A stretch of 64,000 nt of DNA, taken from the NCBI GenBank assembly GCA_963816145.1, contig CAWFJP010000031.1, positions 96,001 to 160,000 of the forward strand, given 5' to 3'. Of this stretch, positions 1 through 12,558 are shown one piece after another. Source of the stretch: an uncultured delta proteobacterium (GTDB lineage: Bacteria > Desulfobacterota > Binatia > UBA9968). A program made the position numbers and the translations under genes. A model generated the notes under the pieces. The model did no database searches, was not told the DNA's origin, and saw nothing but the letters and a program-made list of their open reading frames with translations. The first letter of the stretch is position 1, and the number at the start of each line of letters is the position of its first letter.

Positions 1-1634
<1,634 letters not shown>

Positions 1635-1757
1635 ATTTATCAATGCTACTCCGTAGTTTTTCGTTGTGCCCGTATTCAGTTGTGAGAGAACAGATTAAAC
1701 TCTGAGTTGGAGTTGAGTTTTTTAATTTGGCACTCTTGTCTCAGCGTTTGAACGATT

Positions 1758-1872
1758 TCCGGTGGCTATAGCGGAGGTGTCACACCCGATCCCATCCCGA
1801 ACTCGGCCGTTAAGCCCTCCAGCGCCGATGGTACTATGCGGTCGCCGTATGGAAGAGTAGGACGCCGCCGGA
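1758..1872 (+). rRNA. rrf: 5S rRNA
   Basis: TCCGGTGGC...CCCGATCCCATCCCGAACTCGG...GATGGTACT...GAGTAGGACGCCGCCGGA; termini pair; 115 nt. Confidence 0.98.
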
Positions 1873-1881
1873 TTTAAATAG

Positions 1882-1916
1882 AAAGCCCCAATCTCGCAGG
1901 AGGTTGGGGCTTTTGT
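1882..1916 (+). terminator. rho-independent terminator of the rRNA operon
   Basis: AAAGCCCCAATCTC-GCAG-GAGGTTGGGGCTTT hairpin followed by a T-rich tract. Confidence 0.9.
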
Positions 1917-2046
1917 GTTTCTACCGACTTCTTCTAATCGCTATTTGCTTCGGCATCTACTTCGAAAGATTCTTCGAGCAAAGCCGCTGATGTTCGGCTG
2001 GGAATGGAAAGTCGAATCCGGGCCAACATTAATAATTGTCCTTTCA

Positions 2047-2075
2047 TTGACTCCACCCCAGTAAAGCAGTACGCT
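2047..2075 (+). promoter_or_regulatory. sigma70-type promoter of the RRM gene
   Basis: TTGACT-17 bp-TACGCT, about 200 nt upstream of ATG 2279. Confidence 0.65.
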
Positions 2076-2278
2076 TCACTTTCCTACTTCAGTAAGGGGC
2101 CTTCTGAATGAGGACGGTGCAAACGTCCAAGGCCTCTAATCCGTCTATCTTCTTGCGAACGATCACTAAAGGATATTCCGACCAGAGCGTGGTTTCAGTA
2201 GTCGATCAGCCCATGTTCTGCCCTTTGGCAGTCTAATTCTCAGGCTCAAAGACAGCAATTTTCTCATTGGAGGAGAAC

Positions 2279-2587
2279 ATGGGTACTAAATTATACGTCG
2301 GCGGTCTGCCCTACTCGGTAACCGAAGGCAAATTACAAGATATTTTCTCAGCACATGGCACCGTCGAATCAGCCAACGTCATTTCCGACAAGTTTACCGG
2401 ACAATCGCGCGGCTTCGGCTTTGTCGAAATGAGTTCCAGCGGCGAAGCGCAAAAAGCCATCGAATCGCTCAACGGTACGCAGCTCGACGGCCGCACGCTA
2501 ACGGTTAATGAAGCCAAGCCAATGGCTCGGCGTGACGGCGGCGGCGGCGGTTCTCGCGATGGCGGCGGCGGTCGCAATCGCTGGTAG
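2279..2587 (+). CDS. RRM-domain RNA-binding protein with Gly-rich tail
   Basis: RNP2 LYVGGL, RNP1 RGFGFVEM, GGGGGSRDGGGGRNRW tail; RBS GGAGGA. Confidence 0.97.
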   Translation: MGTKLYVGGLPYSVTEGKLQDIFSAHGTVESANVISDKFTGQSRGFGFVEMSSSGEAQKAIESLNGTQLDGRTLTVNEAKPMARRDGGGGGSRDGGGGRNRW

Positions 2588-2615
2588 GACAGTCTTAATT
2601 AGCTAAACGCTAATT

Positions 2616-2650
2616 GGGGGCAACTGGTCGGGTTGCCCCTTTTTTCTTTT
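2616..2650 (+). terminator. rho-independent terminator
   Basis: GGGGCAAC...GTTGCCCC hairpin followed by TTTTTTCTTTT. Confidence 0.85.
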
Positions 2651-2822
2651 CAAACGCGTGCGGTTTCGTTAAGCCAAATCCGGTAGTTCGGATGGACTAC
2701 CCTTTCAGCGCTACCATTCGCAGGATGGCTCGCCCGATCGCTTCACGAATCGACACTCTCCGGTCACGAGGGTTTACGGTAACCTCGCTACCATTCACCT
2801 CACCGCAAACCATGGAGGCTCT

Positions 2823-3191
2823 ATGGCCGAAATCGAATCGGTTAAACAAAGCGCAAATTTACTGCGGACGATCATTCGCAGCATCGACAAGAAACTCGAG
2901 TACAGCCTGGTCGATCCCACTCAAGAAGGCAGATTCTCTTTAAAGCTTACTACCCGCGGACGCGAGGGCTTGGTTTCCATCCGCACCGACGACCTGCGCC
3001 GGGCTGGAGTTGACGATGTACGCAGGAATGGCATCCGGCAGAAAATCAAAAGTGCGCGGGATCATCTCCTGTCGAATTATGTCGTCGACGTCATGGGCAA
3101 AGAAATTGCCAGGATGCTAAAGCAGTCCGGCGCCGGCAAGGATGATAGCAAATCTTCTTTCTTCTACCGGCGTCCACAGGGAAGAAGATAA
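2823..3191 (+). CDS. hypothetical protein (122 aa, basic)
   Basis: RBS GGAGG before ATG, protein-like composition, downstream hairpin at 3241-3275. Confidence 0.8.
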   Translation: MAEIESVKQSANLLRTIIRSIDKKLEYSLVDPTQEGRFSLKLTTRGREGLVSIRTDDLRRAGVDDVRRNGIRQKIKSARDHLLSNYVVDVMGKEIARMLKQSGAGKDDSKSSFFYRRPQGRR

Positions 3192-3553
3192 CGGCATTAA
3201 TTGTTTCACAGCCGATTCTGACGATGACGAGACAACCGGCAAGATGGGCAGCCAAACCCTTGGTCTGCCCATCTTCACACCCTCATTCCAATCAGCCTTT
3301 AAAAAATCTCCGCTCCAGCTGTTTTACTGTTGAGGCGAATCGTCGATAGCGAGCCGGTTGTGGACCGATTCAATCGGCCACCGGCGTTCGGGAATTCCTG
3401 AAGCAGCGATCGCCGCGAAGCGTCAAACCTAACGCCTTCTGATGGAGTTAGCGGCAAATGATCTCGGGTCCATCGATACCGGGGTCAGCCAGTAAAAATC
3501 CCGTGCCGACCGCTTGATTACCGTGATTTTATCCTCTACTAAAAAATCCCATT

Positions 3554-5320
3554 GTGATTAAGATCAATAAACTTTCCAAGTCGTATTTCGCCCGCGAGCT
3601 TTTCACCGACGTCACTTTTCAGATGAACGCCGGCGAGCGTTTGGGCCTGGTCGGCCGCAACGGCCATGGCAAATCGACGCTCTTCAAACTCATCCTGGGC
3701 GAGGAAGAAGCCGATTCCGGCGAAATTGTTATTCCACGCAACTATCGCATCGGCCATCTCGAACAGTATCTCCACTTTACCCAGCCGACGATCTTGGACG
3801 AAGCGGCCATGGGACTGCCGGAAGACGAAGCTCATTCAATATACAAAGCTGAAGCGATCCTGTTCGGCTTGGGTTTTTCCGAGGCCGATCTGGCAAGAGC
3901 GCCGGGCGAGTTTTCCGGCGGTTTTCAGATCCGTATCAACCTGGCCAAACTCCTGCTTTCCGATCCCAACTTGCTGTTGCTCGACGAACCGACCAACTAC
4001 TTGGACATCACCTCGGTGCGCTGGATCGCCCGGTTTCTGACCAATTTCACAGGCGAGTTGATTTTGATCTCGCATGATCGCGCCTTCATGGACAGCGTGA
4101 CGACGCACACGGCGGTGATCCACCGACAAAAGATTCGCAAATTCGAAGGTGGCACGGCCAAGGCCTATGAGCAGATCGTCCTCGAAGACGAGATCCACGA
4201 GAAGACCCGCGCCAACGAAGACCGCAAGCGCGCACACGCCGAGGCGTTCATCAATCGCTTTCGCGCCCAGGCGTCCAAGGCCAAGATGGTCCAATCGCGC
4301 ATCAAGATGCTCGAACGGCTGCCCAAGCTCGGCGACTTGGCCGAGATCGAGTCGTTGGATTTTGAATTTCGCTACGCCCCCTTCGCCGCGAAGACGTTAA
4401 TTGATGTGCGCAACCTTTCGTTTGGCTATCAGCCCAAACATCTATTGTTCAACAACATCAATCTGTCGATTAACGCGCGCGACCGCATCGGTGTCATCGG
4501 CAACAACGGCAAGGGCAAGTCAACGCTGTTGAACGTTCTCTCCGGGGGTCTGACACCGCTGTCCGGCGAGATTAAAGCTCACCCCGATTTGAAGCTCGGC
4601 TACTTCGGCCAGACCAACATTCAGCGTCTCGACCCCAAGCTGACCATCGAACAAGAGATTCAGAACGCAAACGGCGCTTTGACGCGTACCCAGGTGCGCA
4701 ATATTTGCGGCACGATGATGTTCAGCGGCGACATGGCCTTGAAGAAAGTCACGGTGCTGTCAGGCGGCGAGAAGAGCCGCACGCTGTTGGGCAAGATCCT
4801 GGCCCATCCATCGAATTTGTTATTGTTGGACGAACCGAACAACCATCTCGACATGGAGTCGATCGACGCCTTGATCGAGAGTCTGCAAAACTTTCCCGGC
4901 GCGTTGCTGATCGTCACGCACAACGAAGGCATTCTGCGCGCCCTGGCGACCAAGCTGATCGTGTTTCACCGCGGCAATGTCGATGTAGTCGACGCGGGCT
5001 ACGACGAGTTCCTCGAAAAGATCGGCTGGGAGGACGAGAACCAAGGCGACGGCAAGAGCAACGGCGGCCCGAAGAAGCCGACGACACGATCCAATCGCGA
5101 CGAGAAAAAAGAACAGACAAAGGCCGAGCGCAGGGAAAAAGCCCGCATCGAAAAGCTCGAAGCGGACATTATCAAAAACGAAAACGCGCTAAAGAAATAC
5201 AATGAGCAACTCGTTCTCGAAGCCAACCGCAACAACCTCGCGCAGATGCGCGAGCTGTCGGTAAAGATCAGCCAGGTGAAAAGGGAAATCGAAGATTTGT
5301 TTAGTCAGTATGCCGAGTAG
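3554..5320 (+). CDS. ABC-F family ATP-binding protein
   Basis: Two NBDs (GRNGHGKST/FSGG/LLLDEPTN and GNNGKGKST/LSGGE/LLLDEPNN), no transmembrane segments, C-terminal coiled coil. Confidence 0.96.
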   Translation: MIKINKLSKSYFARELFTDVTFQMNAGERLGLVGRNGHGKSTLFKLILGEEEADSGEIVIPRNYRIGHLEQYLHFTQPTILDEAAMGLPEDEAHSIYKAEAILFGLGFSEADLARAPGEFSGGFQIRINLAKLLLSDPNLLLLDEPTNYLDITSVRWIARFLTNFTGELILISHDRAFMDSVTTHTAVIHRQKIRKFEGGTAKAYEQIVLEDEIHEKTRANEDRKRAHAEAFINRFRAQASKAKMVQSRIKMLERLPKLGDLAEIESLDFEFRYAPFAAKTLIDVRNLSFGYQPKHLLFNNINLSINARDRIGVIGNNGKGKSTLLNVLSGGLTPLSGEIKAHPDLKLGYFGQTNIQRLDPKLTIEQEIQNANGALTRTQVRNICGTMMFSGDMALKKVTVLSGGEKSRTLLGKILAHPSNLLLLDEPNNHLDMESIDALIESLQNFPGALLIVTHNEGILRALATKLIVFHRGNVDVVDAGYDEFLEKIGWEDENQGDGKSNGGPKKPTTRSNRDEKKEQTKAERREKARIEKLEADIIKNENALKKYNEQLVLEANRNNLAQMRELSVKISQVKREIEDLFSQYAE

Positions 5321-5571
5321 CAGCCGCCAATGGAGTTTGTCCGGTTAAGAAAACTCCCACCCTGGCGAGACTTCGCCCGACGCTTCGGCGAATAAAGGAA
5401 ATTGATCGTACGCAGGCGATCATGCTCTCAGGGCTCTCGTCTGATCACACCAGATAAATCATCGCTGCCGAACCGCCGCCGGCGCAAGACATCGCCTTGA
5501 CAAGCCGCGCGCCCTTCGGTAGCTCACCATCATATTCGCACTAACCCGAGTCGGCCACCCAAGGAGGCATC

Positions 5572-6707
5572 ATGTATCGGAGACCTGAAACCAAAGCGGC
5601 GGAAGAAAAGGTTTACAAACAGAAACAGATCGGCGAGTTCATGACCACCTGGAAGGATTTTCCCAGGCCAGGGCTCGCGGCGTGGGCGGAGCGCCGGAAG
5701 GCCGGTTTGATGGGCACGGCGAAGAGCACGCATTACACGCCGAGGTTCCGCCCCTTCGACATGCTAAGCATCCCCAATCAATCGATGGTGATCCTGGAGA
5801 ACGAGTATCACCGCATCGGCGTCGAGAGCGTCGTGGGCGTCCAGGACGCATTTCATCGCTACGTCGACTCGGACATGATCTATTTCCAATTTTGCGGCAG
5901 CAGCAAAGTGGAAACCGAGTTCGGCGTCTACGAAATGGAGCCCGGTGAAGTGTTGCTGGTTCCCGGCGGCATCGCCCATCGCTCCATCGGCCGCAATGAC
6001 AGCCTGCGCTACTTCTGTCAAAGCCACGAGGCGGTGGACTACGTGATGAACGAGGACCAGTACACGAGCCAGACTAGCTTCGTGGTCAAGCGCATCGGCG
6101 GTCCCAATTGGACCGCGCCGCAGGAGGCGAATGCGCCGGCGAATGGGCGGTTATGGAAAAGATGCATTTCTGGGACGACGGCCTGGACGACCGGACGGTG
6201 GTGGAGCGCGATTACGAATCGCTCGTCGGCGTCGCCGGAATAGGACGCGGCAAGCCGGGAAGTCTGGTCCGCAAGCTGCGCGCCTTCGATCATTTTACGG
6301 CCGTCGTCGGCAAGGGGCGCGAAGACGCCGGCACCCAAGCGCTGATGGAATCGGCCAATATGCGGATACGCACCTACAACATGCAGGACGAGCAATTCGC
6401 CTTTCATCGGGCGCTGCGCAGCGAGGAAGTGCGGATTCAGTTCCGCGGCGATGCGCTCGACCTTTCCGAGTTCGAGAACGTCGAAGTTTCTCCCGGCGAG
6501 ATCACCATCATCCCGCTCGGCATCTCGCACAGTGTGATCAGCGTCCCGCCGGAAGATGAGAACTTTCTCCGGCTCAACTTCTACAGCAAGGTTCGCTGGC
6601 GCGTCCCTATCGATCCGACCAAGCATTATTTCAACAGCAAATTCCAGATTACGACGACGGTGCACAAGCAGGCCGAGTGGCGGGAGAAACTTGCGGCGGC
6701 GCGGTGA
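5572..6707 (+). CDS. bicupin protein, homogentisate 1,2-dioxygenase-like; frameshift near 6145
   Basis: ORFs 5572-6243 and 6108-6707 join into one two-cupin protein (FHRYVDSDMIYFQFCG..ETEFG..PGEVLLVPGGIAH; FHRALRSEEVRIQFRG..PGEITIIPLGISH). Confidence 0.7.
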
Positions 6708-6967
6708 GCGGATTCGCTCCCTGCTCAGCATGGGTGGACTGATCGAAGGATCACAACTCGGCGCCATGCCACGAATTCTTGCGCCACGGGAGAGGTAAGG
6801 ATGCAAAACTTGTCTCGATCTACTTGAAACTGGATCCTGTTGGAATCTTTGCAACGTTCGTTTTGTCTGTCCTCTTCCAACGGACTGATCATCGTTCGGC
6901 ATTACGATCCCCGCGCGTGATGTTGGGTAACTGGACCTGCTTCCCCTATCCGTGCTTAAGCTACACC

Positions 6968-8149
6968 ATGACGATCCCCTTCACGCCGCGCTGGTATTTC
7001 TTCGTCGCGCTGGTCTCCATCACCTTCATCGGGCCGCTCTCGCTCCATCTTTTCATCCCGGCGATGTCGGTGGTGAAGGAAGCCTTCGGGGTCTCGACCG
7101 GCATGGCGCAGCTGACGATGTCGCTTGCGATGCTATCGATGGCTTGCTTCACGGTCGCCTACGGCGGCTTGTCCGACCGCTTCGGGCGCAAGCGCGTGCT
7201 GTTGGGCGGGCTGGTGCTGTTCACCTGCGGCGCCGCCACTTGCATGTTCGCTGCCAACCTGCCGATGCTGCTCGCAGGTCGCATATTGCAGGGAGCGGGG
7301 GCGGGGTGCGGCGTCGTGCTGGCGCGCGCCATCGCCCGCGATGTATACGGCCAGGACCGCGTTGCCCAGGTGATCGCCTATCTCACCGCCGCCTACGTGC
7401 TGGGGCCGATGGTGGCGCCGCCGATCGGCGGCCAGCTTACTACACTGTTCGGTTGGCGCGCGCTGTTTGTGTTGGCGTCGGCGGTCGGGCTGCTCGTGAT
7501 CCTCGCGGTGGCTTTCGCGGTGCCGGAAACCCGCGCGCGCAATGTCGCCGCGCCACGCGGCGTTTACTCCGGTTACAAGTCATTGTTGCGGCGGCGGCGC
7601 TTCGTCTGCTTCCTGCTGCAGCCCGGACTAATGTCGGGGGCCTTCTACACCCAAGCGACCGCGGCGTCGTTCCTCGCCGCCGAACATCTCGGCGCCGATG
7701 CCGCCAAGATCGGCTTGTGGTTCTTCGCCTTCCCGATCGGCTTCATGACCGGGAGTTTCATCTCGGGCCGAATCGGCGCCAACCGTTCGATTGAATTCAT
7801 GACCATGCTCGGCGGCGTGGTGGGGGTCGCCAACGGTGCGCTGCTCGCCGCGTGGCTCTATTTTGGCGGCATCTCGATGGCCGCACTCTACATCCCGGGA
7901 GTCTTCGTCAGTCTCGCTCAAGGGCTCTCCATGCCCTATGCCCAGGCCGGCGCGATGGCGGTCGACACCGAGCTTGCCGGTTCGGCTTCGGGCGCGGTGG
8001 TGTTCTCGCAGTTTTTCTGGCCGGCCGCGTTGCAGCAACTCACCGGACTGCTGGCCGACGGTACCTGGGTGCCGATGGCGGCGGTGCACTTTGCCGCAGT
8101 GACTGCCGCGCTGCTCGCCGGCTGGATGGCGGCGCGGGCTGAGACGTGA
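6968..8149 (+). CDS. MFS multidrug efflux transporter, Bcr/CflA family
   Basis: Motif A GGLSDRFGRKRV, GRILQGAG, about 12 hydrophobic segments. Confidence 0.93.
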   Translation: MTIPFTPRWYFFVALVSITFIGPLSLHLFIPAMSVVKEAFGVSTGMAQLTMSLAMLSMACFTVAYGGLSDRFGRKRVLLGGLVLFTCGAATCMFAANLPMLLAGRILQGAGAGCGVVLARAIARDVYGQDRVAQVIAYLTAAYVLGPMVAPPIGGQLTTLFGWRALFVLASAVGLLVILAVAFAVPETRARNVAAPRGVYSGYKSLLRRRRFVCFLLQPGLMSGAFYTQATAASFLAAEHLGADAAKIGLWFFAFPIGFMTGSFISGRIGANRSIEFMTMLGGVVGVANGALLAAWLYFGGISMAALYIPGVFVSLAQGLSMPYAQAGAMAVDTELAGSASGAVVFSQFFWPAALQQLTGLLADGTWVPMAAVHFAAVTAALLAGWMAARAET

Positions 8150-8229
8150 CCCGACGCCGGCTCGTAAACTCCCTTAACCAGCAAAGGTCGCTTGGTTTGA
8201 CCATTAATCCATTACCGCGGTATTTAAGC

Positions 8230-8493
8230 ATGGCATTGGCGCTCTCAAAAGTTACGGCTCAGGGACAGATTTCCGTTCCGATGGAAGTGCGACGAAAACC
8301 CGGGATCGGCCCGGGCTCGGCGCTGGAATGGGAGGAGCAAGGCGACGCCGTCGTCGTTGGCAAAGCCGGCCCGTATACGTCGGAAGACATTCATTGGGCA
8401 ATCTTTGCGCAACCGGTACCGGCTGCGAAGAAGGTAGAAGAGTTCGATCAAGGCGTGCGGCGTTATCTGAAGAAAAAACATGCGCGCCGTTGA
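8230..8493 (+). CDS. AbrB/MazE-type antitoxin (diverged paralog of 45948-46211)
   Basis: SKVTAQGQISVPMEVRRKPGIGPGS swapped-hairpin motif, with substitutions relative to the intact copy. Confidence 0.8.
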   Translation: MALALSKVTAQGQISVPMEVRRKPGIGPGSALEWEEQGDAVVVGKAGPYTSEDIHWAIFAQPVPAAKKVEEFDQGVRRYLKKKHARR

Positions 8494-8862
8494 CACCAAC
8501 GTCTTGGTCCGTCTGGTCACGCTCGACGACCATGCAGGTTGCTGCCGCGGAATCATTCGTGAGTAAAGGGGCATGGGTATCTACGCTGGTTCTCATGGAA
8601 GCGACATGGGTTCTTACTGCTGTGTACGACCTGACTCGCGCGGAAATCGCGACGGTCATCGACATGCTTTTGCATACCGAGATCTCACCACTCAAGAGTC
8701 CGATAGCGTGGCCGCAGCACTCGAGTAGTATCGCAACCGCCCGACGTTGGGGTTCGCCGATAGTTTGGTCCTCGAAATAGCGCGGAAAGCCGGCCACCTT
8801 CCGTTGGGAACCTTCGACCGAAATCTCTGCAAACTCGACGGAGCCGAAGGACCGGAGCTTTA
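8480..8862 (+). pseudogene. vapC: VapC/PIN toxin pseudogene (paralog of 46198-46578)
   Basis: Starts MRAVDTNVLVRLV; aligns with 46198-46578 at DNA level but has frameshifts. Confidence 0.85.
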
Positions 8863-9013
8863 ACGAATCCTTCCCTGCTGTCCGCTCGTCACGGCTGATA
8901 ACATTATTCAAGATAGCAATGGGGTTGGTTTAGAAATCACCGCCGCAAGATTGTTTAGATATCCGGACCCCCAAACACCTCACCTCAATTCCACCGCGCG
9001 ATAACTTTCTCAC

Positions 9014-9538
9014 TTACGGTGAGATCCGCAGCTTCGGATGATGGCGCCGAAAGTAGACCGCCATGGCACCCGCCGCGAGTAGATTGCCTAGCAGGACCGA
9101 CGGCCATGTCAGAGCTCGCAATATGGGTTCGGCAAAAACCATTGTGGCGGCGACAAATCCAAATTCAAAGATAATGAACAGCAGTAAGATGCCGAATCCG
9201 TAGTTAAGATCACGCTCCGCGAGCGAGAGGAGTTTCGAGGCCATTCCGCCAATCACACAAAACACTAAACCGTGAATCCAAGAATAGAATATGACGAACT
9301 CCATCGAGATCGGAACCGTCGCAGATTCACGGACGGCTCCGGAAAGAGACAGCGCGGCGCCCAAAACGTTGGGTGTGTAAAACGGTCTACCGTTATAAAG
9401 ATCGAGGATGAAAAACCATACGGCAATCGTCGCCGCGCCAATCAGGCCGGCAACGAGACCTTCGACGTACACGCGAGAAATCTCTGAAGATTCAGAAACG
9501 ACGGTGGGTGTGTTCGTGGTGTGAGATTGAAGCGCCAT
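9014..9538 (-). CDS. hypothetical integral membrane protein (about 4 TM)
   Basis: EGLVAGLIGAATIAVWFF..GRPFYTPNVLG; RBS GAAGGAG before ATG. Confidence 0.85.
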   Translation of the reverse strand: MALQSHTTNTPTVVSESSEISRVYVEGLVAGLIGAATIAVWFFILDLYNGRPFYTPNVLGAALSLSGAVRESATVPISMEFVIFYSWIHGLVFCVIGGMASKLLSLAERDLNYGFGILLLFIIFEFGFVAATMVFAEPILRALTWPSVLLGNLLAAGAMAVYFRRHHPKLRISP

Positions 9539-9687
9539 AAGAGCTCCTTCCCGGGCTTGATGGCCCCGTTCACAGCACAACAGCAGCCGCTCGATAGCTA
9601 TCCTCTACCAGGCAAAACGCTAGCATCCACCTCCCGCGTGGTCAATATATAAAAAGTCCCGACGCATGCGTGACCCCGGTAACCAGC

Positions 9688-9922
9688 CCCGGGAATTTTC
9701 GTCGGCCTCGCCCAGGGGCTCGCCATGCCCTGCGCTCAACAGCGAGCTTGCCGGCTCGGCCTCGGGCGCGGTGGTGTTCTCGCAGCTGTTCTGGCCGGCC
9801 GCGCTGCAGCAGCTCACCGGGCTGCTCGCCGACGGTACCTGGGCGCCGATGGCGACGGTACATTTCTTCGCCGTGACGGGAGCTCTGCTCGCCGGCCGGA
9901 TGGCGGCGCGGGCTAAGGACTA
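9688..9922 (+). pseudogene. duplicated 3' end of the Bcr/CflA MFS gene
   Basis: ELAGSASGAVVFSQLFWPAALQQLTGLLADGTWAPMA nearly identical to the C-terminus of 6968-8149. Confidence 0.92.
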
Positions 9923-9978
9923 GCCCTTAAAAATAGCGGCAACCTGAACCCATGACCCTCAGCGTTTTGTTTCCAATT

Positions 9979-11037
9979 CTAGACCTTCGCTTCGAGAATG
10001 AGATTGAACGGCGTCGATTTGGCTTTTCTGAAATCGCGAAAACCGGCTTTCGTGAACACGCTGGCTAATCGCGCCTCACCGGCCTGAGCGCCGAGAGCGG
10101 CCGCGCCATCCTCCGATAGCGAGTGCGCGCAGCAAAGGGTTGTCGAAGCCGAGTAGTAAAGACGGCCCACCGTGTTCAGGTTTTCTTCGACTCGATCGTT
10201 GGCGAAGGGCTCGACCAACATCACCGTACCGTCCTCGGCCAGCGCGCTTTTGGCATGCCGCGCGGCGCCCACGGGGTCGCCCATGTCGTGCAAACAGTCA
10301 AAGAAACAGATCAAGTCAAAACCTTCAGCGGGATAACTCATGGCGCCGGCCACTTCGAAGCTAACACTATTTGCGGTCTTCGTATTGCGCGCCAGGTTGC
10401 GGGCGCTTTCGATCGATTTGCCGTGATAATCGAAGCCCCAAAAGCGCGACTGCGGAAACGCTTCGGCCATGAGGATGGTGGAATGACCATGACCGCAGCC
10501 CACATCGGCAACTTTGGCGCCGGCGCGCAGTTTTTTCTCCACGCCGCGGAGAGCCGGAAGCCACTCGCGAACCAAACTGTTCCGGTAGCCGTTGCGATAA
10601 AAAGCCGCGACGCCGCAAAAGAGACGCTGATTGTGCTCGTCCCAGGCGACGCCATTGCCGGTGCGAAAGGCATCGATCGACTTCTCTTCGTCCAAAAACA
10701 TGGAAGCGGGTACTTCCCACGCAGGCGGCATAAATACCGGGCTGTCGTCTTCAGCCAATACCAGTGACTGCTCCGGCGTGAGTTCGTAGGTGGCGCTCGT
10801 GGCATGATAGACAACATAGCCGGCCGCCGCCTGGCTATTGAGCCATTCGCGCACGTAGCGCTCCGCGCAGCCCGAGCGCTTGGCGACTTCCGATGAATCG
10901 AGCGGTCCGGCGTGCGCCATGGCCTTGTAAAGCCCGAGCTTGTGTCCCAGCACGGTCATGACACCGCCATAACCGGCGGCTAAATCGGCGACTGCTTTTT
11001 CGACGAATTCATTGAGCTTTCGCTCGTCGATCTTCAT
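9979..11037 (-). CDS. class I SAM-dependent methyltransferase with N-terminal wHTH
   Basis: ERYVREWL, SAM motif VADVGCGHG, FFDCLHDMGDP, GAQAGE. Confidence 0.93.
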   Translation of the reverse strand: MKIDERKLNEFVEKAVADLAAGYGGVMTVLGHKLGLYKAMAHAGPLDSSEVAKRSGCAERYVREWLNSQAAAGYVVYHATSATYELTPEQSLVLAEDDSPVFMPPAWEVPASMFLDEEKSIDAFRTGNGVAWDEHNQRLFCGVAAFYRNGYRNSLVREWLPALRGVEKKLRAGAKVADVGCGHGHSTILMAEAFPQSRFWGFDYHGKSIESARNLARNTKTANSVSFEVAGAMSYPAEGFDLICFFDCLHDMGDPVGAARHAKSALAEDGTVMLVEPFANDRVEENLNTVGRLYYSASTTLCCAHSLSEDGAAALGAQAGEARLASVFTKAGFRDFRKAKSTPFNLILEAKV

Positions 11038-11150
11038 GATAAAATCCTCCTCGCACAAAATTTGTTGTGCATGAAGATAACCTCACTCGGCGCGCGAGGG
11101 GAGAGGCAGTTTGCGCAAAATGGGTCCGTTTAGGCCATGAAGGACGAAAA

Positions 11151-12173
11151 ATGAAAGCAGGTCCGAAGAACGTACGCGTCCGCCTTGTGGCGATTCCGGA
11201 GGTCATGGCTTCGACGTTGATGGGTCTTTATGACGTGTTGAACTCGTTGGCTTTGCTCAGCACTTACAGCGAAGGTTTGGCCGGACGTGCTCGCTTCGAC
11301 GCCGAGATCGTCGCCACCACCGCGGGTAGGCTCGCCTCCGCGAGCGGAGTGCCCATCGAAGCCAGGCGTTCAATCGAGCAAATCGATTCGGCGGACGTGA
11401 TCATCATTCCATCGATCCTGGTCGAGCGGGGAGAGTGGCAACAGGGTAGATATCCGGCGATCGTAAAGTGGCTAACCGATATGCATGCTGCGGGAGCGCA
11501 ACTGTGCTCCGCCTGCTCTGGCGTGCTGTTGCTCGCGGAGACCGGTCTGCTCGACGGCAAAGATGCGACGGTTCACTGGATGTACGCGGCGACGTTTCGC
11601 CGGAATTTCCCCAACGTGCGGCTGCGGTTGGACCGGGCGCTGGTCGCCGCCGGAAAACATCAGGAGTTTCTCATGTCCGGCGCCTCCACCTCGTGGCACG
11701 ATCTCGTTCTTTATCTGATTGCCCAACACGCGGGACCGACGGCGGCTCAAGCCGTGGCGAAGTTCTTCGCGTTTCAATGGCATGCCGATGGTCTCTCGCC
11801 CTATGTCGTATTCGAGCCGGTGACCGATCATGGCGACGCCGCGATTCACAAAGCGCAAAGCTGGCTGAGCCGCCATTTCTCGGTCGCCAATCCCATCGAA
11901 CAGGCGGCCCGCGTCTCAGGGATTCCCGAGCGCAGTTTCAAGCGGCGCTTCAAGAGCGCCACCGGGCACGCCCCCATCGATTACGTTCAGCGGCTGCGCG
12001 TTGAAGAGGCCAAGCGACGGCTCGAACGAACCGGGGAGCCGGTGGATGAGATCAGCTGGAAGGTTGGCTACGAAGACCCCGCCTTTTTTCGCCGGTTATT
12101 CAAGCGGATCACGGGCGTGACCGCCGGGGCATATCGACGCAAATTTCACATCCCTGAAGTCGAGATCGTTTGA
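11151..12173 (+). CDS. GlxA-family AraC regulator (DJ-1 domain + AraC HTH)
   Basis: CSG..LLAETGLLDGKDATVHW; C-terminal VGYEDPAFFRRLFKRITGVT; divergent from the methyltransferase. Confidence 0.93.
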   Translation: MKAGPKNVRVRLVAIPEVMASTLMGLYDVLNSLALLSTYSEGLAGRARFDAEIVATTAGRLASASGVPIEARRSIEQIDSADVIIIPSILVERGEWQQGRYPAIVKWLTDMHAAGAQLCSACSGVLLLAETGLLDGKDATVHWMYAATFRRNFPNVRLRLDRALVAAGKHQEFLMSGASTSWHDLVLYLIAQHAGPTAAQAVAKFFAFQWHADGLSPYVVFEPVTDHGDAAIHKAQSWLSRHFSVANPIEQAARVSGIPERSFKRRFKSATGHAPIDYVQRLRVEEAKRRLERTGEPVDEISWKVGYEDPAFFRRLFKRITGVTAGAYRRKFHIPEVEIV

Positions 12174-12558
12174 ACCAAGCGAGCGACACGGAGCGTCTGG
12201 CACGAGCTTGGTTTTTGAGAAGTTATCGAAGCCATTCTTGCGCTGCGCGTCTCGTCCGTCCGGCAGAGCAGGTTGAGGAAGTACCGCGATCCTATGGCGC
12301 TCTTGGGGTGCCTAGGCCGATCTCTTCAGATTCTCTTCTCGCTGTGGCGGCGGCTCCGACCTCGCCAGGAACGTCACCCAGATCCGTGTCGCCAGCCCAC
12401 GCAGCTGGGGCCGGTCCTCGCAAAAATAGATAATCCGGAAGCCGATGGCGCGCAGCGCTTGGCGAATCCTTGCCGTCATAGGAGTGAAATTTTTACTCCG
12501 TTGTTTCGCTACTGCCAAGCAAAACAAGATCGGCTCGAATCCGACACGTCCGTGGATG

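Noticed and set aside
1635-2040. tRNA genes around the 5S rRNA
   Set aside because: No cloverleaf or TTCGA T-loop with matching stems was found.
2096-2136. Hammerhead ribozyme
   Set aside because: The core is CTGAATGA rather than CTGANGA, and no GAAA follows stem II.
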